IMG/VR virus record: IMGVR_UViG_3300045988_074365
Span: 1-54,317 of that record
Source: a virus
Reading direction: 5' to 3' (one strand)
DNA length: 54,317 nucleotides
Position 1 is the stretch's first letter. Each line of letters begins with the position of its first letter. The notes beneath the pieces were generated by a model. The model saw only the letters and a program-made list of their open reading frames with translations, did not search any database and had not been told where the DNA came from. The position numbers were made by a program, and so were the translations under genes. This document shows positions 37,240-47,412 of this stretch, one piece after another.

Positions 37240-38034
37240 GTGGTGTTTTTATTGAACGCCGAGGGCTGGATTAAGCTACATAGGAAATTGCTTGATAATC
37301 CTGTCACAATGAAAGACACAGACCATTTAGCCGTATGGATATACCTGCTACTCAATGCTTCACATAACGAACACCCTGCCTTGTTTAAAGGCGAGAAGAT
37401 AACATTAAAACCGGGGCAACTTATCACAGGGAGAAAATCAATCGCTTTAGCACTTCACATTGATGAAAGTAAAGTCGAACGAATTTTAAAATCTCTAAAA
37501 AGTGAACAACAAATTGAACAACAAACAAGTAGCAAAAATCGGCTTATTTCCATAACAAATTGGGAATTTTATCAGCAAAGTGAACAACAAAATGAACAAC
37601 AAGTGAACAACAAACGAACAACAAGTGAACAACAAGTGAACACAAACAAGAATATAAAGAATGATAAGAATGAAAGAAAAGATATATGTCAAAATATCCT
37701 TGATTTGTTTAACAGGATTTGTTGTTCGTTTGGGAGAGTGAAAAACATTACAAAAAGCAGAGCGGAAATAATAGACAACAGCCTAAAGACATATTCTCTT
37801 AATGATTTTAAAAAAGTTTTTGAAAAAGCGGAACAGTCAGATTTCCTTAAGGGCAATAACAATAGGAATTGGTCGGCTAGCTTTGATTGGTTGATTAAGG
37901 AGGATAATATGGCTAAAGTCCTTGAGGGTAAATATGACGGCAAACAGAATAAACAGCCAAATAAGTTTTGTGACTTTCCGCAGCGACAGTATGATTTCAG
38001 TAATGATAAAGAGCTGATAATAAAAAAATGTTAA
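37240..38034 (+). CDS. replisome organiser / DnaD-like replication initiator
   Basis: GWIKLHRKLLDNPV... N-terminal winged-helix pattern with internal iterons. The start may be the TTG at 37252. Confidence 0.7.
   Translation: MVFLLNAEGWIKLHRKLLDNPVTMKDTDHLAVWIYLLLNASHNEHPALFKGEKITLKPGQLITGRKSIALALHIDESKVERILKSLKSEQQIEQQTSSKNRLISITNWEFYQQSEQQNEQQVNNKRTTSEQQVNTNKNIKNDKNERKDICQNILDLFNRICCSFGRVKNITKSRAEIIDNSLKTYSLNDFKKVFEKAEQSDFLKGNNNRNWSASFDWLIKEDNMAKVLEGKYDGKQNKQPNKFCDFPQRQYDFSNDKELIIKKC
37504..37645. repeat. origin-like iterons GAACAACAA (8 copies, 5 of them phased at 11 bp)
   Basis: Copies start at 37504, 37516, 37582, 37594, 37605, 37616, 37627 and 37638 (the last is a variant), all inside the replisome-organiser gene. 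Confidence 0.75.
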
Positions 38035-38047
38035 AGGAGTGACGAAG

Positions 38048-38185
38048 ATGAGAATAAAATATGACAAGGCAACAAAGGCTTGGTTTGATAGTCATATATG
38101 TCAGCAAACAACAGTTTGCCGGTGTGAAAAGTGCGGATTGTTTTATAAACCAAGTTTAGGACATAAATGCAAAGCGAAGGAGTAA
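38048..38185 (+). CDS. small zinc-ribbon-like protein (45 aa)
   Basis: Fills the gap between genes. Contains CRCEKCG. Confidence 0.4.
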   Translation: MRIKYDKATKAWFDSHICQQTTVCRCEKCGLFYKPSLGHKCKAKE

Positions 38186-38187
38186 GT

Positions 38188-38622
38188 ATGAGACTAATTG
38201 ACGCAGATAAAGTAATAGAACGCCTTGAAAAAATTATAAAAGATAATTCTTATTTTGTTGACGCAAGGTACATTAGAGGCGTGCAGGAAGTGATAAAAGA
38301 GCAACCGACAGCTTATGATATAGATAAGATTGTGGAAACCTTGAAAGAACTAAGAGACAGATTTGATGAAAAAGACTTTGCAATTCGTGGGGTCATAGAA
38401 AAGACGATTGAGATAGCAAAGGCAGGCAATGATGCCAAAAACAATCTTAGAAGAGAAGCATATCTTAAGGCTTTAGAGGATTATCACGATTCCGTGCAGG
38501 ACAGTTGTATAAAATGGGCGTCAACATTTGGTCGACGTGAACGGCGACTCATCCCCTGCTTAATAAAAGAGAGCAATACAATTTTTCAGATGCTAAAGGT
38601 AGGTGCTAGCGAGATTGAATAA
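38188..38622 (+). CDS. hypothetical protein
   Basis: AAGGAG RBS before the ATG at 38188. Confidence 0.6.
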   Translation: MRLIDADKVIERLEKIIKDNSYFVDARYIRGVQEVIKEQPTAYDIDKIVETLKELRDRFDEKDFAIRGVIEKTIEIAKAGNDAKNNLRREAYLKALEDYHDSVQDSCIKWASTFGRRERRLIPCLIKESNTIFQMLKVGASEIE

Positions 38623-39217
38623 TTATCAGAACATAGCAAGAGCCAAGGCAATAGAACAGGAGAATAAAAAGCGACTATTGAAGCTGAATCCAAAGCTGAA
38701 TGACAGGAGTGGGATTTACTTCCTACTCCGAGAAGATGAAAACGGATTTAAGTATGCTTATATCGGACAAGCGGTATATACACTTAGCAGATTGGCAAGT
38801 CACCTTGTAGGCTACGAACAGCACATAGACCTTAGCTTACGTAAACACAAGCTGTACGACAAAGAGAAAAATCCTTATGGCTGGCGAGTTGAGTTTCTGA
38901 ATTTCCCCGAAAGTCAGCTTGACGAGAAAGAGAAGTATTACATCAAGCTATATGCTGATAAAGGCTATCAGCTTAGGAATGTCAGTTTAGGCGGTCAAGG
39001 AGAAAATCGTGCTAGTGGTTCAATAGGCGAGAGAAAAGCACCTAAAGGCTATATGCAGGGCGTACAGCAAGGAAAAAAGGTGTTAGCGAGGGAATTATCA
39101 TCTATCGCAGAAAAACACCTTATAATCCGCTTAAAGCCAGAAAAAGAGCATAATAAGGTGTCACAGAAACAGTACGAGAAGTTCATGGATTTATTGAAAG
39201 TGGGTGATTCAGAATGA
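38603..39217 (+). CDS. GIY-YIG nuclease
   Basis: SGIYFL...YAYIGQA...R...E(KYYI)...N motifs. Non-ATG start. Confidence 0.7.
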   Translation: MLARLNNYQNIARAKAIEQENKKRLLKLNPKLNDRSGIYFLLREDENGFKYAYIGQAVYTLSRLASHLVGYEQHIDLSLRKHKLYDKEKNPYGWRVEFLNFPESQLDEKEKYYIKLYADKGYQLRNVSLGGQGENRASGSIGERKAPKGYMQGVQQGKKVLARELSSIAEKHLIIRLKPEKEHNKVSQKQYEKFMDLLKVGDSE

Positions 39218-39474
39218 GAATTTTGAGCAGTAAAGATTATTCTTGGCTTATGGACCGAATAGAAACTCTTTCCAATGAAAATGAAAGATTGCAGATGAAA
39301 GTTGATGAAATAACAAAAGAACAGCCTAACGATTGTAAAAGCAATGAGGGAAGTCGCTTTTGTGGCATTTGTGAGTTTGGCTATTTGAGAACAAGAAATC
39401 CGCTTGGGGCAGATTTTTACGCTTGCAGTAAAACAGTGTCTTGTGAAGATTTTAAGAGAAAAGAAGACAACTAA
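39214..39474 (+). CDS. hypothetical protein
   Basis: ATGA overlap. Confidence 0.6.
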   Translation: MRILSSKDYSWLMDRIETLSNENERLQMKVDEITKEQPNDCKSNEGSRFCGICEFGYLRTRNPLGADFYACSKTVSCEDFKRKEDN

Positions 39475-39540
39475 CTAAAAATCAAAGAAAGGAATAGGTT
39501 GTGCGCACATAAAACCGAGGTTTCCTTTTGGTAAGAGAAA

Positions 39541-40908
39541 ATGGATTATAACGAATTTTTAGCAAATAAAAGATTCGTACTTGAAAGCAGTGGATTCGAC
39601 ATTGATAAATCCAAATTAAACCCAATGTTATACGATTTTCAGAAAGACATTGTTCGTTGGGCGTTAAAGAAAGGAAAGGCTTGTATCTTTGCTGATTGTG
39701 GACTTGGAAAAACACCTATGCAGTTATCGTGGGCGCATCAAGTTCACGTGCATACAGGCGGCAAGGTGCTGATTCTTGCGCCATTGGCAGTTGCAGATCA
39801 AACGAAACGAGAAGCGGAAAAGTTTGGATATGTGGCAAAGGTCGTTGAGGAACAATCACAATGTATTGGCGGAATTAACATCACGAATTATGAAAAGCTG
39901 GATAGATTTATTGCAAATGAATTTACCGGAATCGTACTTGATGAAAGCAGTATCTTAAAATCTTATTCCGGAAAAGTAAGGACAGCGATTATTCAGAATT
40001 TCCATGATGTACCGTACAAATTGGCTTGTACTGCAACTCCTGCACCGAACGACTACATGGAATTGGGAAATCATTCAGAATTTTGTGGAGTTATGACAAG
40101 AGCAGAAATGCTTTCCATGTTCTTTGTACATGATGGCGGTGAAACATCAAAATGGAGATTGAAAGGACACGCAGAAGATGTATTTTGGCAGTGGTTAGCG
40201 ACATTCAGTGTGTTCGTGGACAATCCGAATAATATCGGATATGACATTTCCGGGTATAATTTACCGCCTATTAACATCAAAGAAATTGTTGTTGATGGAA
40301 AAGAACCTGTGACTGAAAAACTCACGCTGACAGAACGTAGGCAGGCTAGAAAAGATAGCTTAATTGACAGATGCAGTGCTGCAGCTGAATTAGTAAATAG
40401 TTCGGATGAGCAATGGCTTGTATGGTGTGATCTGAACGATGAAAGCCACAAATTACATGAACTGATTAATGAATCTGTGGAAGTGCAAGGCAGCGACAAA
40501 GATACGCACAAGTCAAGCTCAATGTTGAATTTTAGCAATAGGGATATTAAATGCTTAGTCACAAAACCTAAGATTGCCGGATTTGGCATGAACTGGCAGA
40601 ATTGCCACAATATGATTTTTACCGGACTTTCAGACAGCTACGAGCAGTACTACCAAGCGTTGAGAAGATGTTGGAGATTTGGTCAGACGGAAGCAGTAAA
40701 TGTGTACATAATCATTTCTTCGAAAGAGGGGTGTGTCAAAGAAAACATTGAGAGAAAGCAGAAAGATTTTCAGAAAATGCAGTCAGAAATGACAGAACTG
40801 ACAAAAGAGATTACAAAGAAAGAACTGAAAAGCACTTGCAGAATCAGCACCCCATATGAGCCACATGAAACAATGGCTTTGCCGGAATGGGAAGAATTTA
40901 CAGCGTAA
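39541..40908 (+). CDS. SNF2-family helicase
   Basis: ADCGLGKT (motif I), VLDESS (motif II) and a C-terminal helicase lobe. Confidence 0.8.
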   Translation: MDYNEFLANKRFVLESSGFDIDKSKLNPMLYDFQKDIVRWALKKGKACIFADCGLGKTPMQLSWAHQVHVHTGGKVLILAPLAVADQTKREAEKFGYVAKVVEEQSQCIGGINITNYEKLDRFIANEFTGIVLDESSILKSYSGKVRTAIIQNFHDVPYKLACTATPAPNDYMELGNHSEFCGVMTRAEMLSMFFVHDGGETSKWRLKGHAEDVFWQWLATFSVFVDNPNNIGYDISGYNLPPINIKEIVVDGKEPVTEKLTLTERRQARKDSLIDRCSAAAELVNSSDEQWLVWCDLNDESHKLHELINESVEVQGSDKDTHKSSSMLNFSNRDIKCLVTKPKIAGFGMNWQNCHNMIFTGLSDSYEQYYQALRRCWRFGQTEAVNVYIIISSKEGCVKENIERKQKDFQKMQSEMTELTKEITKKELKSTCRISTPYEPHETMALPEWEEFTA

Positions 40909-40924
40909 AAAGGAGATAGAAAAA

Positions 40925-41842
40925 ATGGACGTTTTAGCGCAGACAATTGAAAAACAGTATGCAATTTATAACGGAGACAGTGTGGAACTTATAAAAAATA
41001 TCCCAGATAACAGCATTCACTACACAATTTTCAGTCCGCCATTTGCAAGCCTGTATACATATTCTAACAGCGACAGGGACATGGGGAACTGCAAGGGAGA
41101 TACAGAGTTTTACGATCATTTCAAATTTCTTGCAAAGGAACTTTACAGAGTTACAATGCCGGGCAGATTACTTTCATTTCATTGCATGGATTTGCCACTC
41201 ATGAAAGAAAGAGACGGAGTTATTGGTCTTAAAGACTTTCCGGCACTTTGCAGACAGATTTTTGAAGATTGCGGATTTATTTATCACAGCAAGGTTACGA
41301 TTTGGAAAAATCCGGTTACTGAGATGCAGAGGACAAAGGCTTTAGGGTTATTACATAAGCAGATTAGAAAAGACAGTACAATGAATCGACAGGGAATACC
41401 GGATTATATCGTTACAATGCGCAAGCCGGGAGAAAATCCGGAAAGAGTGTCGCATACGCATGAAACATTTCCGGTTGATGTATGGCAGAATTACGCAAGT
41501 CCAGTATGGATGGATATAAGACAGTCTGACACATTGCAGAAAAAATCGGCAAGAGCAGAAAAGGACGAGCGTCACATTTGTCCTTTGCAGCTCGAAGTGA
41601 TTCAGAGATGCATCGAACTGTGGACGAATCCGAACGACATTGTATTAGACCCATTTGCCGGAATCGGCAGCAGTCCATATGTGGCTGTTACACTCGGCAG
41701 ACGCGGCATAGGATTTGAACTTAAGGAAAGCTATTACAAACAGGCAGTTGCAAACCTTGAAATTGCCGCAAATGCTGACAAAATGAATTGTCCAGTAGGA
41801 CAAATGAGCATTGAAGATTTTTTATCGGAGAGCCTTGTATAA
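40925..41842 (+). CDS. beta-class N6-adenine/N4-cytosine DNA methyltransferase
   Basis: SPPF catalytic motif near the N terminus and DPFAGIGSS AdoMet motif near the C terminus. Confidence 0.8.
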   Translation: MDVLAQTIEKQYAIYNGDSVELIKNIPDNSIHYTIFSPPFASLYTYSNSDRDMGNCKGDTEFYDHFKFLAKELYRVTMPGRLLSFHCMDLPLMKERDGVIGLKDFPALCRQIFEDCGFIYHSKVTIWKNPVTEMQRTKALGLLHKQIRKDSTMNRQGIPDYIVTMRKPGENPERVSHTHETFPVDVWQNYASPVWMDIRQSDTLQKKSARAEKDERHICPLQLEVIQRCIELWTNPNDIVLDPFAGIGSSPYVAVTLGRRGIGFELKESYYKQAVANLEIAANADKMNCPVGQMSIEDFLSESLV

Positions 41843-42153
41843 GGTAGATGAATATTGAAGACTTTATGTAGAGGTGAGATATGGAAGATTTAATACAAAT
41901 GTCTTTATTTGACTTCACAAGAGAACCGATCAACATAACAAAGCCTATACGATTGATAGAACTATTTGCCGGCTACGGAAGTCAGGCAATGGCGCTAAAG
42001 AGAATAGGTGCTAAATTTGAACATTACAGAGTTGTGGAGTTCGATAAGTACGCTATTGAAAGCTATAACGCAGTACATGGTACGGATTTTCCTACAATGG
42101 ACATAACTAAGGTCCATGCAGAAGATTTGAATATTTGCGACACAAATGCATTC

Positions 42154-42176
42154 ACTTACTTACTTACTTACTTACT
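42154..42176 (+). repeat. tetranucleotide repeat (ACTT) x 5.75
   Basis: acttacttacttacttacttact, counted base by base. It encodes the TYLLTY part of motif IV. Confidence 0.95.
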
Positions 42177-42649
42177 CATTCCCTTGTACGGATTTATCAG
42201 TTGCCGGGAAGCAAGCTGGAATGTCTAAGGGAAGTGGTACAAGAAGCGGTCTATTGTGGGAAGTTGAGAGAATACTAACAGAAATCAGAGATAGCAACGG
42301 AGAATTACCACAGATTTTGTTCATGGAGAACGTGCCACAAGTACATAGTCAGGATAATATGCCTGACTTTAGAAAGTGGCTAGATTTCCTCGAAAGCCTA
42401 GGTTACACAAATTACTATCAAGACTTGAATGCTAAAAATTATGGTGTAGCGCAAAATCGTGAAAGGTGCTTTATGTTTTCATTCCTGGGCGAGTACAATT
42501 ACCATTTCCCACAGCCTATACCTCTCAAAAAGAAGTTGAAAGACTATTTTGAGGATAATGTAGATGAAAAGTATTACATCAACAATGAAAAGACTGACAA
42601 GCTAATAAAACAGCTTATTGACAACGGCACATTGCCACAACACAATCTT

Positions 42650-42688
<39 letters not shown>

Positions 42689-43883
42689 TTGCGTTGACGG
42701 AACAATCAATAAACCACAGCAGAGAGAAGTTGCAAACTGTATCAAGGCAAGATATGACTGCGGAATATCAAACTTGCGGTCAGACGGAAACCTTGTTGTT
42801 AAAAGGAATGGTGGATAAAAACATAGAGTCTACGGCATCCGTGATTGATGTTTCCGTAGCGATTATGTCAAGAGATTACAAAGGACCAAATAACTACGGA
42901 ACGAATGGAGTGATTGAATGGAAGTAATAGGAAGTGTATATGTAGAAGTTTCAGACAGATTTCAAAAAGGCATTATCGGGGGGCATTTCCCGATGTGTAA
43001 AAGCTGAAAAACACGATTTAGGAGTAATTATGGCAGATGTAAACGTAATAGGCTCTCTTGAAGCGAAATTTGAGAGTACCAACAGAATTTATGACGTGAG
43101 GGGGTGTAGTCCGACATTGAGTACAATGCAAGGTGGAAATCGAGAGCCGAAAATTCTTGAAGTGAAGCAGTTAGGATTTATGGATAATGGAACAGGCAAG
43201 CACCAATCAAACACAGTATATGACGAAAATGCACTTTGCCCTAATATCACAACAGTCGAGGGCGGCGGTACAAAACAGATTAAAATATGTGAAAGTCAGA
43301 TAGTTGCTATGCGTGGCAGAAATCCAGACAATCCGTCAGATAGAACCGCAGGAAACCCAACGGAGCAGAGATTAGAGGTAAATATGCAAGGTACAAGTAA
43401 TTGCTTAACGAGTGTGCAAAAAGATAACATGGTTCTTGAAAAACAAGGCATATCCACTAAAGGCAAACAGAATGACATTGCAAGTACAATTTTGAGTGGT
43501 TACGAACGCAGTAATATGACCAGGTTTAATGCAGATAATGCCGTTATTGAAAAAAATTGGTCAAATATCAAGCAATGGTTCCCAATGTGGTACAGTTGTT
43601 TCCGATAACGGCATATCGGCTAATCTTGTAGCTGGCACACACGGATATGCAAATAGCCATATAGCTACACAATATCGTATCAGAAAGCTAACACCGAGAG
43701 AGTGCGGACGGCTGATGGGTGTATCTGATGAAGATATTGACAAAATGGCAGCAGTAAACAGTAATACGCAGTTGTATAAGCAATTCGGAAACAGTATTGT
43801 CGTAGATGTTATGTGTGCTATGTTTAAGAATTTGAACATCAATCAAGGAGATACAGTAGTGTAATAAGAAAGGAAACGCCAAT

Positions 43884-44285
43884 ATGAGTAGTTCAAAAGA
43901 AGAGATAGCAAGACGAGAGGGAATGTCCTATGCATTAAGATACGCAAAAGAACACGGACTTGACGGACTTGAAAAAGAGCTGAAATACCGAGGGGCATAC
44001 GAAATACCCCTCAAAATATCAAATAATGATTTACAGAAATTCACAGATAATGCCAAAAATATGATGTTAGATACAGTATTAATACTTGCCAGTATGACAT
44101 TGCACGATGAATTTGGTTTTGGCAGGGAGAGATTGCAGAGGTTTATTAAGAGATTCAATTTCAAGGCAGAGTGTATCGGAGAGGGATATACGAATTGGAA
44201 AGAGCAAATTGACATTCTTAAGGATGAATGTGGACTTGAATATCAGATAAGGATGAATGATAAAAACGTTAGAATGGAGAAGTAG
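43884..44285 (+). CDS. hypothetical protein
   Basis: AAAGGAAA RBS. Confidence 0.65.
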   Translation: MSSSKEEIARREGMSYALRYAKEHGLDGLEKELKYRGAYEIPLKISNNDLQKFTDNAKNMMLDTVLILASMTLHDEFGFGRERLQRFIKRFNFKAECIGEGYTNWKEQIDILKDECGLEYQIRMNDKNVRMEK

Positions 44286-44287
44286 AA

Positions 44288-44485
44288 ATGATAAAATCTG
44301 AAAGTGATTGTCTGGATTGCGGATTGCCGTGTAAATATGAATTATGTCCACATTATAGAGTTAGGCGTCTGTATTGTGACAAATGTAAAGACGAGGTGGA
44401 TAAACTGTATAAATACGGCGAAGAAGAATTATGTGAGGATTGTTTAATTAAGGAATTTGAAGTTGTTGAATTAGAGGAGAACTAA
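44288..44485 (+). CDS. small Cys-rich protein
   Basis: CxxC-type pairs. Confidence 0.6.
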   Translation: MIKSESDCLDCGLPCKYELCPHYRVRRLYCDKCKDEVDKLYKYGEEELCEDCLIKEFEVVELEEN

Positions 44486-44487
44486 GT

Positions 44488-44934
44488 ATGAAACTTAAAG
44501 AAGCTATTTTGGATTATTCCGGGGAGTGGGTGTATGTGGGGGCAGCAAGTGGGTATGTCTATATCGGCAGGCGTGAGGAAGCCTTAAAAGGCTTAGAAAA
44601 GGAATCCATTGATAGATACTGTAATCTGTCAATTAACACTATCCCAAAATATGAGGCAAAGTTGGAGTGGATTGCAAAAAGATGTAAAGTCTTAAAAGAA
44701 AAGGCTGAAATTGACATAGCCTTTGAAAAAATGCGTAGGCAAGCCGAAGAATACAGAAAAAACCTTTTAGTGCATTTAACAGAAGCGAAAAAATACAAGG
44801 ATAATTACGTTGAATTTAGCGAGAGGGAAGTTGTTGAGGAATACAATCAAGACGCACTTAGACCTTTTGGCAGGGTTTTTATTATTAAGGGTAACGAGAG
44901 AGGAAATTGGTTTTATGGAGAGGGCAAGAAATGA
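44488..44934 (+). CDS. hypothetical protein
   Basis: GAGGAG RBS. Confidence 0.65.
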   Translation: MKLKEAILDYSGEWVYVGAASGYVYIGRREEALKGLEKESIDRYCNLSINTIPKYEAKLEWIAKRCKVLKEKAEIDIAFEKMRRQAEEYRKNLLVHLTEAKKYKDNYVEFSEREVVEEYNQDALRPFGRVFIIKGNERGNWFYGEGKK

Positions 44935-45551
44935 ATAAAAATTATCTCAACAACGTAAGGCTAAGAGAACGAAGATTATCCGCCCACCAATGTTTAGCCT
45001 GCGGTAAACAGTTAGAAGAAGATTATACTTCTGTATACTGTGAAACGTGCCGAGAAAAACGGAATAAAAATGCAAGAGAAGAAAGAGAATGGTACCAAAG
45101 CCATAAAATATGTCCAAGGTGTCGCAAAGTCGAAATAGGTTCAAGTGAAAGTTGTTGTCCGGAATGTAGAGCCAAGCTGTGTGCAAACGTAATGAAGAAC
45201 AGAAAACGTGAACAATACAACGAAGAACACGCTGTTTGGAGCAAAAAAGCCTATGCAAATTGTGTTGAAAACGGTATTTGTACACGATGTCGCAAAAGAA
45301 AAGCCGACAACGGCTACAAGACGTGCGGAATTTGTCGTGAAAAAGACAGAGTAACTAGACAGGTAAGGAATAACACACAGTTCAACCGAGAAATAAAAGA
45401 AAAACAAGGTTTATGTTGCTTCTGCAATGAAAAAGCCTTGCCTGGATATAAGGTGTGCCAATTCCACTACGATATGTGCATTGACAAATTGAAAGACCCT
45501 AAATGTATTGCCGGTAGAAAAAAAATAAGGCCAAGGAGCATAAAATTTTGA
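44931..45551 (+). CDS. multi-CxxC zinc-ribbon repeat protein
   Basis: At least 7 CxxC pairs in a repeating CxxC...CxxCR pattern. ATGA overlap. Confidence 0.6.
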   Translation: MNKNYLNNVRLRERRLSAHQCLACGKQLEEDYTSVYCETCREKRNKNAREEREWYQSHKICPRCRKVEIGSSESCCPECRAKLCANVMKNRKREQYNEEHAVWSKKAYANCVENGICTRCRKRKADNGYKTCGICREKDRVTRQVRNNTQFNREIKEKQGLCCFCNEKALPGYKVCQFHYDMCIDKLKDPKCIAGRKKIRPRSIKF

Positions 45552-45677
45552 AAACAAGAGAATGTATAACGTGTAAACACTTTTTAATTTGTAGCGGCAA
45601 GGAAAATGACAAGCCTTGTATTAAGTACGAAGCAAGAAACAAAGAGAATAAAGAAAAAGAATAGGAGAGAATGGCTT

Positions 45678-45890
45678 ATGAAGTTATCAGAACTGACTAA
45701 GCCAGAACTTGAAAAAATCAAAGAAAATGCCAATTTTACTGATGAGGAATTGAGAATCTTTAAACTTCTGTCGCAGGATAAAAGTATAACCGATATTGCG
45801 GTGCGTATGTCCGCAAGTAGCAGGACGATAAACAGGAAAATCAGTAAAATCAAGCAAAAAATTAGTAAGTTGGAGGTTTTAAATGATTAA
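45678..45890 (+). CDS. LuxR / sigma region-4-like HTH regulator
   Basis: ELRIFKLLSQDKSITDIAVRMSASSRTINRKISKIKQK. TAGGAGAG RBS. Confidence 0.6.
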   Translation: MKLSELTKPELEKIKENANFTDEELRIFKLLSQDKSITDIAVRMSASSRTINRKISKIKQKISKLEVLND

Positions 45891-45984
45891 AGTTACTCAA
45901 AACGGAGTAGATGTGAATATAGAAAATATAACTATTCCGGACAGCTTACAAAAGATAATTGCCGAAGTGATTGACAATAAATAA
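45883..45984 (+). CDS. small hypothetical protein (33 aa)
   Basis: Overlapping start. Low information. Confidence 0.3.
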   Translation: MIKVTQNGVDVNIENITIPDSLQKIIAEVIDNK

Positions 45985-45993
45985 ATATGTGTT

Positions 45994-46031
45994 AAAATGT
46001 GCCGTATAACGTGATAAATGCGGCACATTTT
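45994..46031. promoter_or_regulatory. 38-bp dyad (11-bp perfect arms, 16-nt centre) just upstream of the integrase gene
   Basis: aaaatgtgccg-N16-cggcacatttt. The centre contains AACGTGATAAAT. It could act as a terminator, an operator or part of attP. Confidence 0.5.
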
Positions 46032-46050
46032 TACTAAAGGAGGATTGACA

Positions 46051-47412
46051 ATGGAATGTGTCGCTTATATGAGAGTATCGACGGAAAAACAGGCTGTTGA
46101 GGGCAACGGACTTGATAGCCAAAAGCGAGATATTGAAAATTATTGCAGGAAAAATGAACTTGTAATAACAGATTGGTACATTGATGACGGTTACACCGGA
46201 GCAAATATGGACAGACCGGGATTGCAAAGGCTTGTAAATGATTGCAGCCGGAAAAGAATAAGTTGCGTTGTAGCTTTCAAACTTGACAGATTATCAAGGA
46301 ACATGATTGACGGAATATACCTCATTGAGAAAGTATTTCAAAAGTGCAATGTAGTGTTTAAATGCGTTCATGATAGCGTGAATTACGATAGTCCTATGGA
46401 GCAGGCTTACACGCAGATGATGGCTGTGTTTGCACAGCTTGATAAAAATACTATGATGTTGCGTATGCGTGGTGGTATGCTAGAAAGAATAAAACAAGGT
46501 TATTGGATGGGCGGCGGCAATTTACCTTATTGCTATTCCTACAGTAAGGAACAAGGCATATTAATACCTATCCCAGAACGTGCGGAACAGGCAAGAAAAG
46601 CACTTGAATTATTTATATCCGGATATTCAGATGTGAAAATTAAGGAAATTTGCGGTTTTAAGTCAGAACTTGTCACAAGGAATATCTTGACCGGTATCGT
46701 TAATATAGGGATGATACCCTATAAGGGAAAGATATACCAAGGAAAACACGAACCTATTTTTGACAAAGGCAGATTCAATCTTGCACAAGAGTTAAGAAAA
46801 ACTAGGGCAAAATCTAGGGTAACTTGTCAAACTGAACCTAATTTGTTGACCGGATTATGCTATTGTGGTGTTTGTGGATGTGCTATGCGTTATCAAAAAT
46901 GGACAAATGGCGAACATAAAATCTACTGCATGTCCCGAAACAAGTCTATGAGCTATTTACCTAATTACAATGCTAATTGCGATAATTCGCTTGAATGGGC
47001 GGATGACATAGAAAAACAGGTAGAAAAGGAAATCCTTAAAATATCATTGAATTTGTCATCATATAAACCAAAAGAAAAGGTGACAAAACTTGAAATTATG
47101 CAATCGCAGCTTGATAAAGAACAGACTAAGTTAAAAAGACTATACAATTTATATGCTGACGGAAACGATACAGTTTTGGAAATGATTAAAGAATCAGAAA
47201 CACTGATTAAGACAATGAAAGCTAATGTTTTGTCGGAAAGCAAAAATGCAGCCGATACACAGAAAAAAGAATTTGTTTACGAGAACATTAAAAAACTTGC
47301 CGACGTTTGGGATAACATCGACAAGAAAAAGAAAAATATGATACTTAAGACTATAATAGACAAAATTGTTATAGTCAATGGAAATATCGAAATTCAATTA
47401 AAAAATTTTTAG
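46051..47412 (+). CDS. large serine recombinase (integrase)
   Basis: N terminus AYMRVSTEKQ...GLDSQ, a recombinase domain, a zinc-ribbon CYCGVCGC and a C-terminal coiled coil. AGGAGG RBS before the ATG at 46051. Confidence 0.85.
   Translation: MECVAYMRVSTEKQAVEGNGLDSQKRDIENYCRKNELVITDWYIDDGYTGANMDRPGLQRLVNDCSRKRISCVVAFKLDRLSRNMIDGIYLIEKVFQKCNVVFKCVHDSVNYDSPMEQAYTQMMAVFAQLDKNTMMLRMRGGMLERIKQGYWMGGGNLPYCYSYSKEQGILIPIPERAEQARKALELFISGYSDVKIKEICGFKSELVTRNILTGIVNIGMIPYKGKIYQGKHEPIFDKGRFNLAQELRKTRAKSRVTCQTEPNLLTGLCYCGVCGCAMRYQKWTNGEHKIYCMSRNKSMSYLPNYNANCDNSLEWADDIEKQVEKEILKISLNLSSYKPKEKVTKLEIMQSQLDKEQTKLKRLYNLYADGNDTVLEMIKESETLIKTMKANVLSESKNAADTQKKEFVYENIKKLADVWDNIDKKKKNMILKTIIDKIVIVNGNIEIQLKNF

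Noticed and set aside
45548-45664. 38-aa TTG-initiated ORF between the zinc-ribbon repeat gene and the HTH regulator
   Set aside because: There is no RBS, the start is non-ATG, and there is too little information.
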